NCBI GenBank assembly: GCA_041891055.1
Contig: CP169074.1
Span: 512,001-576,000, forward strand
DNA length: 64,000 nt
Direction: 5' to 3'
From: Halorutilales archaeon Cl-col2-1
GTDB lineage: Archaea; Halobacteriota; Halobacteria; Halobacteriales; Afararchaeaceae
Positions 8,521-18,329 of this stretch are shown here, one piece after another. Position 1 is the stretch's first letter; each line of letters opens with the position of its first letter. The notes below the pieces were generated by a model that saw only the letters and a list, made by a program, of their open reading frames with translations, was not told the DNA's origin and searched no databases. Made by a program: the position numbers and the translations under genes.

Positions 8521-11500
8521 TCAGGCAGTTTTCAGCTTCACTTTGAAGACAGAACCCTCTGGAACGTTGTCCTCCACCCAGACTTCGCCATTGTAACTGT
8601 CGACAAGAGTCTGGACTAGATAAAGACCGATACCCGTACCTCCACTCTCTAGTCCTTTCTCCCCTCTACCGAAGATCTCTTCCTTCTGTGAGTCGGGTAC
8701 CCCAGGACCGTTATCCGCTATGCTCACAACAACATCTCCGTCGGTTTCCTCAGCCGAAATTTCGACTTTTGGCGTTTCTTTGTCGTTATGCTGTACGGCG
8801 TTATTGAGTATATTTCTGAAGGCTGTTGAAAGTAGATCATTTGCTTTGACGGAGGTCTTCGGAAGTCCCTCTATACTGAACTCGGCTTCGTCGTATGCTT
8901 GTTTTCTTTTTTCGACGGAGTCCTTGAGTACTTTGGAGAGAACTGTGGGGCGGAGATCCATCTCTTCTTCCTGTTCAATCGCATCAACAAAGTCACGCGC
9001 CGTCTTCGTGAGGTCGACAACGTGCTGACTTGTACTTAAGACTGTTTCTAAGTACTCCTCACCCTCATCGTCGACGTGGTCTCTCAGCATGTCTCCCCAG
9101 CCTAAGACTAGGTTCATATCGTTACGTATGTCATGGCGGACGATACGGTTGAGCAGAGTTAACTCGTCTCTCTCGCTCTCAATCCTCTCCTCAGTCTCAA
9201 GCGTGTATAGGCCTATCGAGAGATCGTGCGCTATTTCCTCTAGAATTGTCCTCTCTTCGTCGGATATCCCTTCGACGGGAAGATGTAACGTCATAACCCC
9301 GTACTCTGTGTCTCGGTACTTCAGAGCGAGGGCTATTCCGGGATGGCTCTCCGTGTCTTCAGGATGTTGCTGATATGGTGACTGGGTCACATCGTCCATG
9401 TATAAAACGCCCTCGCCGAGAACCTCCTCTATGTAGTCCTCCGAATAGATACTCCGCCATTTGGATTCACAGTCCTCAGCTTCAGCTATCTTTCCGGCAT
9501 CGTAGACTTCGGAAAGATCACCGTCTTGATCTAGAACCCCAATCGCAGTACAGCCATACGTGTATCCCACTTCACTTCGAGAAGCCAGGGCTTCCTTTGA
9601 TGATTCAAGGATCTCCTCTTTAGTTTCTGCTTGGAGTATCCCCTGAGCGATATCCCGTATCGAGTTTAACATACTCTCCAGACGACTTTCCTTGGTCACG
9701 TCCTGTACAGTGCCGACCATCCGCACTGGCTCGCCGTCCTCGTAGTAAACATCGCCTTTCTCGTGTACTATACGTATTTCTCCGTCCGGGCGTATTATAC
9801 GGTGATCTATGTCGTAGTTGTCCTTTTCGAGAGCTTCGTCTACTGCCTCCTGTACTCTTTCGCGGTCGTCGGGATGTACGAACTCAAGCCACTTCTCGTG
9901 TGTCGGATCTATCCCACCAACTTCGACGCCGAATATCCTGTATACCTCGTCGGACCACTCGATGTTCTCGAAGTCCGAAACCCAGTGTCCTATATTAGCT
10001 ATTCTCTGTGCCTCTTGGAGTCGGTCACGTGTCTTCTCTAGCTCACTCTCGTACTCTACTCTTTTACTGATATCTCTCCCAATACCAACGACAACAGTAT
10101 TTCCTTCTTTGTCTTTTAGCCTATTAGCGATGAATTCGTAGGGTATCTCTTCTCCGTCCTTGGTCAAGAAGGTCTCTTCTGTTCTCACGCTGCCTGTTTC
10201 CATCACCTCTTTGAATACGTCTAGTACATTCTCAGTTTCCTCCTCGGGGAAGAAGCCGGTGGCGTGCATCGATCCTATCTCCTCATCCGAGTATCCAGTC
10301 ACCTCTGAGAAACTCTGGTTCCATCTTTTCATATACCCGTCAGAATCTAGTATATAGAGGGTATCCTCAATCGCGTCCAGTATAAGGTCAGTGTACTCCT
10401 TTTCGTCTTCAAGCTCCTGTTCACGCTTTTTTCTCTGAGTTATATCTCTGCTGTTAGATATGATACCGTTAATCGCGGGATTCTCAAGCTGGTTGTTGCC
10501 GCGAACTTCGAGCCAACGCCATTCTCCATCCGCTGTCTTGAACCTAGCTTCAAGAGTTACTCTTTCGTCGGGTTCGGAAATCAGCCTCCTGAATTTTCTC
10601 TTGGCCCTTTCTTCGTCCTCGGGATGGAGAAGATCGAACCCGTTCTTACCGACGAGTTCGCCGGGCTCATATCCGAGGATACGAGTGACTGACGGGCCCT
10701 GGTACTGTATCACTCCGGAGTCATCCTGGACTATGACTAAATCCGTCGACTCCTCAATATAGGCTTCATACCGCTGTAGCTCTTTCTGTCTCTCTTTACG
10801 TTCGGTAATATCCTCTCCCGAGCTGAGAACACTAACTATTTCGCCCTCCTCGTCGGTTATCACGGTATTACGCCAACTAATAACCCTCTCTTCCCCATCC
10901 TTAGTCAAGATGGGACTCTCAAACTCCTCCTCGTACTCTATCTCACCTGCCATTGCTTGAGAGAAGACTTCTTCAAGTCTGTCCCGTTCCCGCTCAGGAA
11001 TAAAGTTTTCAAACCAGTTTTTGCCTATGACTTCCTCTTTGTCATCATAGCCTAAGACCTCAGACCCTTTCTTATTAATTCGACTGACAGTGTGATCCTC
11101 ATCGATAACCACCATCATAACCCCCGCAGTATCAAAGTACTTCTGGGCTCTGTTTCTCTCCCCCTCTAACTCATCTTCATACTGTATACGCTCTGATATA
11201 TCTCTGAGTACAGTAAGTGTAGCAGGCTCGCCCTCGTACTTGATCGTAGAGACATTCATCTCAGCACAGATACTCTCCCCTTCTTTCGAGAGTACCTCCA
11301 CTTCGTACTTCTCAAGAGGCTCTTCACCCTCTAGTCTCTCTCTATATCTCTCCATCAGCTCTTCTCTATAATCGGGAGCTACGAACTCAGCGGGTGACTC
11401 TCCTATGATCTCGTCTTCGGTGTATCCCGTGAGTTCGAGGGTGCGTTCGTTGACGTATACTACTTCGCCGTCTTGGACTACGACTACGCCGTCGCGTATA

Positions 11501-11541
11501 TTCTCTACTATACTCTCGAATGTCTGGTCATCTCCTGTCAT
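8521..11541 (-). CDS. multi-PAS/PAC, GAF sensor histidine kinase
   Basis: Five PAS/PAC repeats (RDITERK-type ends); RHDIRNDMN H-box; NNAVQHND, DNGPG, GTGIGLYLV. Confidence 0.92.
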   Translation of the reverse strand: MTGDDQTFESIVENIRDGVVVVQDGEVVYVNERTLELTGYTEDEIIGESPAEFVAPDYREELMERYRERLEGEEPLEKYEVEVLSKEGESICAEMNVSTIKYEGEPATLTVLRDISERIQYEDELEGERNRAQKYFDTAGVMMVVIDEDHTVSRINKKGSEVLGYDDKEEVIGKNWFENFIPERERDRLEEVFSQAMAGEIEYEEEFESPILTKDGEERVISWRNTVITDEEGEIVSVLSSGEDITERKERQKELQRYEAYIEESTDLVIVQDDSGVIQYQGPSVTRILGYEPGELVGKNGFDLLHPEDEERAKRKFRRLISEPDERVTLEARFKTADGEWRWLEVRGNNQLENPAINGIISNSRDITQRKKREQELEDEKEYTDLILDAIEDTLYILDSDGYMKRWNQSFSEVTGYSDEEIGSMHATGFFPEEETENVLDVFKEVMETGSVRTEETFLTKDGEEIPYEFIANRLKDKEGNTVVVGIGRDISKRVEYESELEKTRDRLQEAQRIANIGHWVSDFENIEWSDEVYRIFGVEVGGIDPTHEKWLEFVHPDDRERVQEAVDEALEKDNYDIDHRIIRPDGEIRIVHEKGDVYYEDGEPVRMVGTVQDVTKESRLESMLNSIRDIAQGILQAETKEEILESSKEALASRSEVGYTYGCTAIGVLDQDGDLSEVYDAGKIAEAEDCESKWRSIYSEDYIEEVLGEGVLYMDDVTQSPYQQHPEDTESHPGIALALKYRDTEYGVMTLHLPVEGISDEERTILEEIAHDLSIGLYTLETEERIESERDELTLLNRIVRHDIRNDMNLVLGWGDMLRDHVDDEGEEYLETVLSTSQHVVDLTKTARDFVDAIEQEEEMDLRPTVLSKVLKDSVEKRKQAYDEAEFSIEGLPKTSVKANDLLSTAFRNILNNAVQHNDKETPKVEISAEETDGDVVVSIADNGPGVPDSQKEEIFGRGEKGLESGGTGIGLYLVQTLVDSYNGEVWVEDNVPEGSVFKVKLKTA

Positions 11542-14218
11542 TTGTATCTTCCTCCGGTCTCGGCAGTTTCATCTTGACTATGTTGCCTCTCGGATCGTTC
11601 CTCTCAAACCCGAGTTCCCCACCCGACTCCCTCACAATCCAGTTGACGAGCCACAGACCCAGGCTCCCGTGGTAGAGGGGTTCGATCCTGCCTTCGTGTG
11701 TCAGAACGCCTCTCTCCATCTCGGGTATAGTCGGTCCATTGTCCGAAATACAAACCTCCACCATCTCGTTTGGTTCTACTGAGAGGGTTACCTGAGGCGT
11801 ATCCATATCGTTGTGTATTACGGCGTTTTCCACGAGTTCGGTTATCGCTCTTCTAATCTCGGGTATGGCAGACACCTCAGTCCCCTGTCTGTCTCCGTCT
11901 CGGGTGTCATAGCTTATCTCAGCATCCGGATATTCCTCACTCAGGTCGTCGATTACGTATTGAACAACACTGTCGAGAGATACAGTTTCAGTGTCTCTAC
12001 TCTCCGATATTAGCTCGACTATCTCCGCCTCTTTATCAGTCGTCTTGACTAGGCTTTCGGCTTCTTTGTGTATCTGGAGGATCTGTTCTCTCTCTTCTCC
12101 TGACAGCTTATCCTCTAGGAGCTCGGAGTACCCGAGTATCACATTCATCTTGTTATGCATGTTATGCCGGAGAATTCGGTCAAATACTCGAAGCTGCTTT
12201 TCGCGCTGCTTCAGATCCGTTATGTCCCTCGCTATACTGAGTATGCGTTTCTCGCCTCTGTACTCGGTCACAGAAGCGTGTACCTCTGCTTGGAACTCGT
12301 ATCCGGTCTTAGTCAGAAAAATACCTTCAAAAGTTGCTTCTCCATCCTCCTCTAATTCTCGGTTTAATTCTGCGAACTCTTCCTTCGAAGAGAGAGTAAT
12401 ATCTTGAAGCTCAAGTTCGAGTAACTCTTCCTCTGAGTAGCCTAGCTTGTCGACAGACGCCCTGTTCACACTCACTAACTCCCCCTCCATCTCGTGGACG
12501 AAAACAGGGTCACTAATGCTGTTGTATAGACTCCTGTATTCCTGCTCGCGCTCCTCACGTAGCTCTCTTTGCTGTATGCTGTTCAGCGTCAGACCGATGT
12601 CATCCGCAAGATCATTGAGAAGATTGATCTCCTCGTTAGAGATTGATGACTGAGGCAGAGAATGTACTGTCAGTATCCCGTATCTCTCACCACCGTGGTG
12701 TATCGCGATTCCTACCCCTTCGTGCTTCCCCTTATCCATAGAATGCTGTTGGTATGGAGAAGAAGTCACATCTTCCATAACTAAGATGCCGTCTTCGAAC
12801 ACTTCTCGCACGTATTCGTCCGAATGGAACTCTTCTATCTCTTCCTCTGAGAGAACCGTGTCTCCTTTACCGATATGTGTCAACTCTTCGCCGTCAGTAA
12901 GACAGACGAAAGTACATCCGAAGAGTTCACTCTCAGAGATTATCTCAGCCGTCGAAGTAGCAATCTCTTCTCTACTGTCGTACCTGACGAGACACTCGTT
13001 GACTTCACGTACGACTTTCAGAACCTCTACTAGATCCCTCAGACGCTCCTGCTGTCGTTTATGTTCTGTAATATCCCGCAGTGCGCCAGCAATACCTCGG
13101 ATTTCACCTTCGTCGTCTCTTAAAGGATAGTACCGTATATCGAAGACTCTGTCCTCTCCCTCTGGGCTCTCACGCTCCATCTCGTACTCGACTGCCTCTC
13201 CGTCTAGGACTTCCTGGATATGTGGTTTTATTTCCTCGAACATCTCTTCTCCGAGAATGCTCGAAAGATTTTTTCCGACGATTTCTTCGGAGTTCGGGAG
13301 GTTGTACTTGATGTACGAGTCGTTGGCAAACAGGTAGTTGAAATCCCTATCGACTGCAGCGATTAGATCCTTCGAACTCTCTATTGCCTGTTTGTACTCA
13401 CTTAATCTCCTTTCACGTTTCTTACGCTCCGAGATATCTCTGCCTATACCTATTACAACGGTCTCTCCCTCAGGATTCGTTATTCTGCTCGATAAGAACT
13501 CGTAAGGGATCTCTTTACCATCCTTAGTCCTCAGAAGTGACTCTACCTTGATACCTCCTGTCTCGACGGCTTCCCGAACTGCGTCTCGTATAGACTCTTT
13601 GTCCTCTTCGGGGAAGAATTCAGTAACATTCCTCGATCCTATCTCTTCGTCTGAGTATCCCGTTACTTCGTTGACTCTCGCGTTCCAGTCTATCAGATCT
13701 CCTTCCGTGTCATGGATATATATAATATCCTCGAACGAGTCCTCTATCTTCTCACGGTACTTCTTTTCTTCCTTGAGACCTTGATTGGTTTCTTTGAGAC
13801 TCTTCTCGTACTTCTCTTTCTTACTCATCCAGCGGTAGATACCGAATACGATTAGTACAATACCTACTGACAGCCCCGTAGCCTCTAGTATCTCGAAATG
13901 CACGCCCGGCTCGTAGATGTCCTCTAATGCATCTACGAAGAAGCCTAAGAAAAACAGGGATATACCCGTGACTAAGGGACGGTAGATATCTTTCTCATCC
14001 GAGAGTCTTTGTACTCCTATAATCCCTGTGAATGAAACGACTGCTACGATAAATTCACCCAAGATACGTCCCCATATCACTCCTGTTTTGGGAGTAGACG
14101 TTAATGATGCCCGAAACCAAAGAAATACGGCTATTATCGAAAGAAGTAGGATAATAGCCCATCCTTTTATCTGGCTGGTTTTGTTTGTTATTATCCTCAT
14201 TTTCACCTTCACCCTCAC
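11528..14218 (-). CDS. membrane-anchored PAS/GAF sensor histidine kinase
   Basis: Four N-terminal TM helices, three PAS domains, GAF, RILRHNMHN H-box, ENAVIHN/DNGP; overlaps the next kinase gene. Confidence 0.9.
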   Translation of the reverse strand: MRVKVKMRIITNKTSQIKGWAIILLLSIIAVFLWFRASLTSTPKTGVIWGRILGEFIVAVVSFTGIIGVQRLSDEKDIYRPLVTGISLFFLGFFVDALEDIYEPGVHFEILEATGLSVGIVLIVFGIYRWMSKKEKYEKSLKETNQGLKEEKKYREKIEDSFEDIIYIHDTEGDLIDWNARVNEVTGYSDEEIGSRNVTEFFPEEDKESIRDAVREAVETGGIKVESLLRTKDGKEIPYEFLSSRITNPEGETVVIGIGRDISERKKRERRLSEYKQAIESSKDLIAAVDRDFNYLFANDSYIKYNLPNSEEIVGKNLSSILGEEMFEEIKPHIQEVLDGEAVEYEMERESPEGEDRVFDIRYYPLRDDEGEIRGIAGALRDITEHKRQQERLRDLVEVLKVVREVNECLVRYDSREEIATSTAEIISESELFGCTFVCLTDGEELTHIGKGDTVLSEEEIEEFHSDEYVREVFEDGILVMEDVTSSPYQQHSMDKGKHEGVGIAIHHGGERYGILTVHSLPQSSISNEEINLLNDLADDIGLTLNSIQQRELREEREQEYRSLYNSISDPVFVHEMEGELVSVNRASVDKLGYSEEELLELELQDITLSSKEEFAELNRELEEDGEATFEGIFLTKTGYEFQAEVHASVTEYRGEKRILSIARDITDLKQREKQLRVFDRILRHNMHNKMNVILGYSELLEDKLSGEEREQILQIHKEAESLVKTTDKEAEIVELISESRDTETVSLDSVVQYVIDDLSEEYPDAEISYDTRDGDRQGTEVSAIPEIRRAITELVENAVIHNDMDTPQVTLSVEPNEMVEVCISDNGPTIPEMERGVLTHEGRIEPLYHGSLGLWLVNWIVRESGGELGFERNDPRGNIVKMKLPRPEEDTNDRR

Positions 14219-14406
14219 CTTCGTCTGCGATAGGTTTCGCAGACTACACTGATGGCAATATACTATCCTATGTTTATGAAGCTAGGGGGGGATTGGCACA
14301 CTCTGGCAAAATACAACTCCTATCTGACTCCTTGACTCGAGATGCAAAGAGTCATTTTGTCAAGACCGGCGAAAGAGTAATACCGTCGGATCGGTAGTTA
14401 GGAGAT

Positions 14407-14543
14407 ATGCCGTTGCAACAAGGCTATACAACACGGGACGGCGAAAGGAAGGGCTACTATCGATGGGGTGACTCGGGGAAGAGGTATATCTATACTCCGG
14501 GTGACGACGAAGATAGAGAACGAGCTAAGGAGAAGGGTAACAT
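14407..14543 (+). pseudogene. small basic protein truncated by IS-derived element
   Basis: GGAGA SD then MPLQQGYTTRDGERKGYYRWGDSGKRYIYTPG...RERAKEK, running directly into an IS end. Confidence 0.55.
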
Positions 14544-14950
14544 GTCAACTACCCCACCCTACTTCGCTCAGTCTGACGACTTCGTCTCAAACTCTACGAG
14601 TTTGAGGGCTCGTGAATCTAAGATTCACGAACGCTCGTTGAGGGTAGGGCTTGTCCGTGTTCTCGCCCTCGACCGTAGTATTGTTCTATACTACGTGGGC
14701 GGTCAAACCGCACTCGGGGTCATCGTCCCGGACTTCGGGGCAAGTTGACTGTTGCCCGTCCATCCGAACAGCTGTTGGCTTGAATGGACGTGTCTTACTG
14801 TACTCCCTTGAGTCAAATAAGTGTACGTCTTCCTCCCCTCCCTACTCATCCGCTATCTCGTGAATCGGAGATTCACGAAGGTACGCAAATCTTTGATTTG
14901 CTTGAAAGCGGATTCCTTGAGGAAGGGGACTCCGCCTGAACAAGTTGAAA
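14544..14950 (-). mobile_element. non-autonomous IS200/IS605 (IS1341-type) derivative with nested hairpin insertions
   Basis: GTCAACTACCCCACCCTAC...GCTCGTTGAGGG is the reverse complement of the end at 6324-6380; subterminal hairpin at the other end; no transposase ORF. Confidence 0.75.
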
Positions 14951-15026
14951 CCGTTAGTTATCTCAGAGGGACACTCCAAGTTCAACTGCCGACACCTATT
15001 TAGCTCTGTAATACAAACGAGTACAC

Positions 15027-15257
15027 ATGTCGGAGAGTCTAAAACCAGTACAGGCACGTATACCTGAGAAAGTCGAGGAAGAGCTAGACGAACTCATAGA
15101 GACGGGCGAGTACGCAAGTCGGAGTGAAGTGATCCGTGAGGCTCTCCGGAAGCTACTCGCCGAGAACCGACGTGAGTCCCTACGTGAGTTAGCTGAACGC
15201 GCAGGCGTGAGTGAAGACGAGATGCTCGAAGAGCTCGACGAAGTTAGACACGGATGA
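15027..15257 (+). CDS. ribbon-helix-helix CopG/Arc-family antitoxin
   Basis: VQARIPE..LDELIETGEYASRSEVIREALR; ATGA overlap with the PIN gene. Confidence 0.88.
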   Translation: MSESLKPVQARIPEKVEEELDELIETGEYASRSEVIREALRKLLAENRRESLRELAERAGVSEDEMLEELDEVRHG

Positions 15258-15685
15258 ACTCCGGTAATCGTACTGCTTTCGTGGATACTAACGTTCTAAT
15301 CTCGGGGATCTTCTTCGATGGTCTTGAAGCTGAACTCTTAGACTCACGGAGTATATATCTCGTTACAGCTGAGGTCTGTCGTGATGAACTCGAAGAAGTA
15401 GCAGTACGTAAGTCAGGTACTTTCAGGATCTCCGAACAGGGAGCAGTTGAGGCTCTCGACACCGCGCTGATAGACATCGACATTATCCCCGAAGAAGAGT
15501 ACGAGGATCGATACGGTGAGGCAGTCGATGTATTAAGCGAAGGCAACGACGCTAAGGTCTTCGCCTCGGTGCTCGAAGCTAATCCGGATTACTTCGTCAC
15601 CGGTGACAAGGACTTTCACACGGATACTGTGGCTGAGAAGGTCAACGTCGTGCGTACACGAGAGGTCTTAGAAGAGATAGACTAA
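15254..15685 (+). CDS. PIN-domain (VapC-like) toxin
   Basis: FVDTNVLISG, NDAKV, YFVTGDKDF acidic PIN motifs. Confidence 0.9.
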   Translation: MNSGNRTAFVDTNVLISGIFFDGLEAELLDSRSIYLVTAEVCRDELEEVAVRKSGTFRISEQGAVEALDTALIDIDIIPEEEYEDRYGEAVDVLSEGNDAKVFASVLEANPDYFVTGDKDFHTDTVAEKVNVVRTREVLEEID

Positions 15686-15726
15686 CTGAGTTCTTCACCG
15701 ATAGTTCTCCTCACGGACTCGAAGTA

Positions 15727-15748
15727 TGCCACCTCCCGGATTTGAACC
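15727..15748 (-). repeat. att-like copy of the tRNA-Phe 3' end
   Basis: TGCCACCTCCCGGATTTGAACC matches 18330-18351 with one mismatch. Confidence 0.8.
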
Positions 15749-15854
15749 TCGGGAACGGAACCCTGAAATAAAGCCAGGAAATCCGCCGCTACCTGGCATT
15801 TCTGGAGAGAAACATTCCAGCGATTCTATCATTACTCCGCTCATGGTTCAGGAT

Positions 15855-16024
15855 ATGGGGGCCGTTCGACACGAGGGGTCGGGAACGTGGCACCTGATAG
15901 GGGCGCGAGAATGTGGTGCCGAACCCGAAGGCGCGACCGTCGAAGGAACTTGGGCCGAGGTGCGGAACCGTGTCGACCGCGATGCTGGCGAACGGTGTAG
16001 TCGGCCAACTGGCCAAGGAGTTAG
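15855..16024 (+). pseudogene. small Cys/His protein, apparently frameshifted near the C-terminus
   Basis: MGAVRHEGSGTWHLIGARECGA...GERCSR, then NWPRS* in another frame (suggests an original CSRCNWP). Confidence 0.4.
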
Positions 16025-16176
16025 AGCGGATCGCAAACTCACGCGTTTCGTGGATCGGTTTAGGCTCCAGTGGTATTGTCGGAGTCCTGGGTTCTTACTT
16101 GGGTGTGATTATACACAAATAACTAATTGTGTATAAGGACAATGTTTATAAACTTAGAGTAGGTAGTAAGGATCGC

Positions 16177-16653
16177 ATGTCGCCAAGTATGCATCTCGAC
16201 TCAGAGCTCTATGAAGCTCTGGGACAATATGGCAATCGAGACGAATCCTGGAACGATGTAGTTGCGCGTGTGCTCGAACACGTTGACGAGGAGGCGGCCC
16301 TTGAAGACAGGAATAACCGCGTGACGACCTATGAAGGTCAGTCATCGGCTACTGATGATAGCCCTCTCAGTACACTGGAGGATGGTACGGTGGTTCGCCA
16401 CGTGTACCAGCGTGGTGAATACAGTGGCGAGGATGTGGAGGCAACGGTACAGAGAGGTCGAATTAACGTTGAGGGCGATGAGGGACCGGAAGACCGCGCT
16501 ATCGAGACGAGAACACCCTCAGGTGCTGCCCGAGAAGCTGACAAACTCGTCCGGGGAGACGACGCCCGTGGTAGCGGATACAGCGGCTGGGAATGGTGGG
16601 AGTATCAGAATGAAGACGGCAATTGGGTTCCAATAGATACACTCCGCGAATAG
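16177..16653 (+). CDS. RHH-like N-terminus fused to RAMA/DUF4357-like domain
   Basis: TTTATAAA box upstream; LYEAL..RDESWNDVVARVL; TPSGAA...SGWEWW. Confidence 0.65.
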   Translation: MSPSMHLDSELYEALGQYGNRDESWNDVVARVLEHVDEEAALEDRNNRVTTYEGQSSATDDSPLSTLEDGTVVRHVYQRGEYSGEDVEATVQRGRINVEGDEGPEDRAIETRTPSGAAREADKLVRGDDARGSGYSGWEWWEYQNEDGNWVPIDTLRE

Positions 16654-16689
16654 GCCATCAAAGTGTCCGACATCACAAGGTGATAACCC

Positions 16690-16977
16690 ATGACATCAGA
16701 CAACAACGATGCAGAATTGACAATGCTTCCAGACGATACCGTGCTCCGCTTCAAGTACTACCGTACGGAGTACGAGGGCGTTGAGTACCATGCCCGTGTG
16801 AGGGATGGCCGAATCGAGTTCCAAGGGGAAACCTGGAGCCCATCAGGTGCCGCCCGCGAGGTTGATAATCTCATCCGAGGTGAGGACGCATCAACGTGGA
16901 ACGGATGGGAGAAATGGGAATGGAACCGGGGAGACGGAACCTGGGAGCCGATAAGCAGCCTCACTGCCGACGACTAA
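16690..16977 (+). CDS. stand-alone RAMA/DUF4357-like domain protein
   Basis: ARVRDGRIEFQGETWSPSGAA...NGWEKW; paralogous to the upstream gene. Confidence 0.7.
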   Translation: MTSDNNDAELTMLPDDTVLRFKYYRTEYEGVEYHARVRDGRIEFQGETWSPSGAAREVDNLIRGEDASTWNGWEKWEWNRGDGTWEPISSLTADD

Positions 16978-17050
16978 AGAGACACCCCTGTGCGAGAATG
17001 AGTGGAAACGGGAGGGGAAGGCTGGTTTCTGACCTTTCTGTTGAGGTCCA

Positions 17051-17275
17051 CTAATCGAGTCGTCGTTGTCGCTCCGCCCAGAACATGAGTTCGTCACGCA
17101 TCTCGTCGGGCACATCTCCAAAGAGACAGCCGAGACGGTTGCCGAGGTTTTGCCAGCTCAGAGTGTTGAGCGTCCCCTGTGTGTACGAACCATCTTCCAG
17201 TGCGTCGTCCCAACCGTCATGGAATGTGCGCTCGCGTCGTTTATCGAGTGGCTTGCGCTCGTCCTCGTCGTACAT
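17051..17275 (-). CDS. hypothetical protein
   Basis: Acidic, haloarchaeal-type ORF with a conserved-looking LSWQNLGNRLGCLFG segment. Confidence 0.55.
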   Translation of the reverse strand: MYDEDERKPLDKRRERTFHDGWDDALEDGSYTQGTLNTLSWQNLGNRLGCLFGDVPDEMRDELMFWAERQRRLD

Positions 17276-17358
17276 CAAAATGGTATCTGGTGACACCATA
17301 AACCGATATTTTCGGAGATCCAATAATAAATCTTACGCAGGGTGCTCGGGTTCTAGTC

Positions 17359-17544
17359 GTGGTTAAGAACCTCTTGGTAGTGATTGTGGAGGAGACCCGA
17401 GCGGACAAAGAGCGAAGTCGTATATTCTTCCATAAAGACGCTGAGATTGAAGATATCGACCGTTGGACGGAGTACCAAGACTGGTTCGTCGAGTGTGGCG
17501 AGTTATTCCATGAGCACTTCCACAACCGGATTCAGCGACTCTAA
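17359..17544 (+). pseudogene. C-terminal fragment of a DUF4268-like protein
   Basis: KERSRI...IEDIDRWTEYQDWF...FHEHFHNRIQRL resembles the DUF4268 C-terminus; no proper N-terminus. Confidence 0.5.
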
Positions 17545-17613
17545 TCTCTCACGCAGCTTCGAACAGACCGCTCTACTGTTTTATTGTCTGTCACTGAGAA
17601 GTTGTGGTCAGGC

Positions 17614-17913
17614 ATGTCCACCCCCGAGGAATCATACCACCGTGCTATGGAGACCCTCGTAATTGAAGGCCACCAGTACTATGCGCCGAACGCGACGACC
17701 CACACTGATTATCCAACGATGACGGTCCAGGGTGAAGCAGGGTACTCCGCCGAGAATCATGAAATCTACCTCGAATCAATCGGCCCGGGGAGAGGTGGAC
17801 CATACTCTCTCGTCTTTGAACTATCCGAGAAGCAGCTCAAACACGCTCATGGTGCGTACGATGACCAACAGGCTGCAGGAGTGGTCAATGATATCAGATT
17901 CCCGAGCGGGTAG
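17614..17913 (+). CDS. hypothetical protein
   Basis: Acidic ~99 aa ORF within the island. Confidence 0.45.
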   Translation: MSTPEESYHRAMETLVIEGHQYYAPNATTHTDYPTMTVQGEAGYSAENHEIYLESIGPGRGGPYSLVFELSEKQLKHAHGAYDDQQAAGVVNDIRFPSG

Positions 17914-18223
17914 GTCGTAAGCGCACCGAGTCAGGTGTAGCCCCGGTTTCTCGCTCCGGCCCCGATAGTTCTGTGACGGCGATAGAATTCGACTGGAATC
18001 GACCTGCTATCAACAACGGGCGACTATACTGTCCGCAAGGGCTAACGTCAAAAAGCTATCAATATCCCGATGATTTTTGGTAGGTTCCCCGCTTCCAATC
18101 TAACGAAGTACTGGACGGCAGAGGGCGCGTATTTTGACCGGTTCAAATCCTACCGCAAGAACAGGGTAATATACGACGTAATCCCTACGCCGTACCGTCA
18201 ATAGGAGAGGATCGGTAAGGGGA

Positions 18224-18244
18224 TGCCGCCTCCCGGATTTGAAC
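18224..18244 (-). repeat. second partial copy of the tRNA-Phe 3' end
   Basis: TGCCGCCTCCCGGATTTGAAC is identical to 18330-18350. Confidence 0.8.
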
Positions 18245-18329
18245 TTGATACGAGACTCAGTTCGTTCGTCTCGTGTAGTTCAAATATCGCTCGGGAGCAT
18301 TTTCACCTCTCACGTTGTTCGCAGGAAAA

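Noticed and set aside
15726-16136. 136-aa ORF starting MPPPGFEP
   Set aside because: Its start is the reverse complement of the tRNA 3'-end repeat; only the internal 15855-16024 part looks coding.
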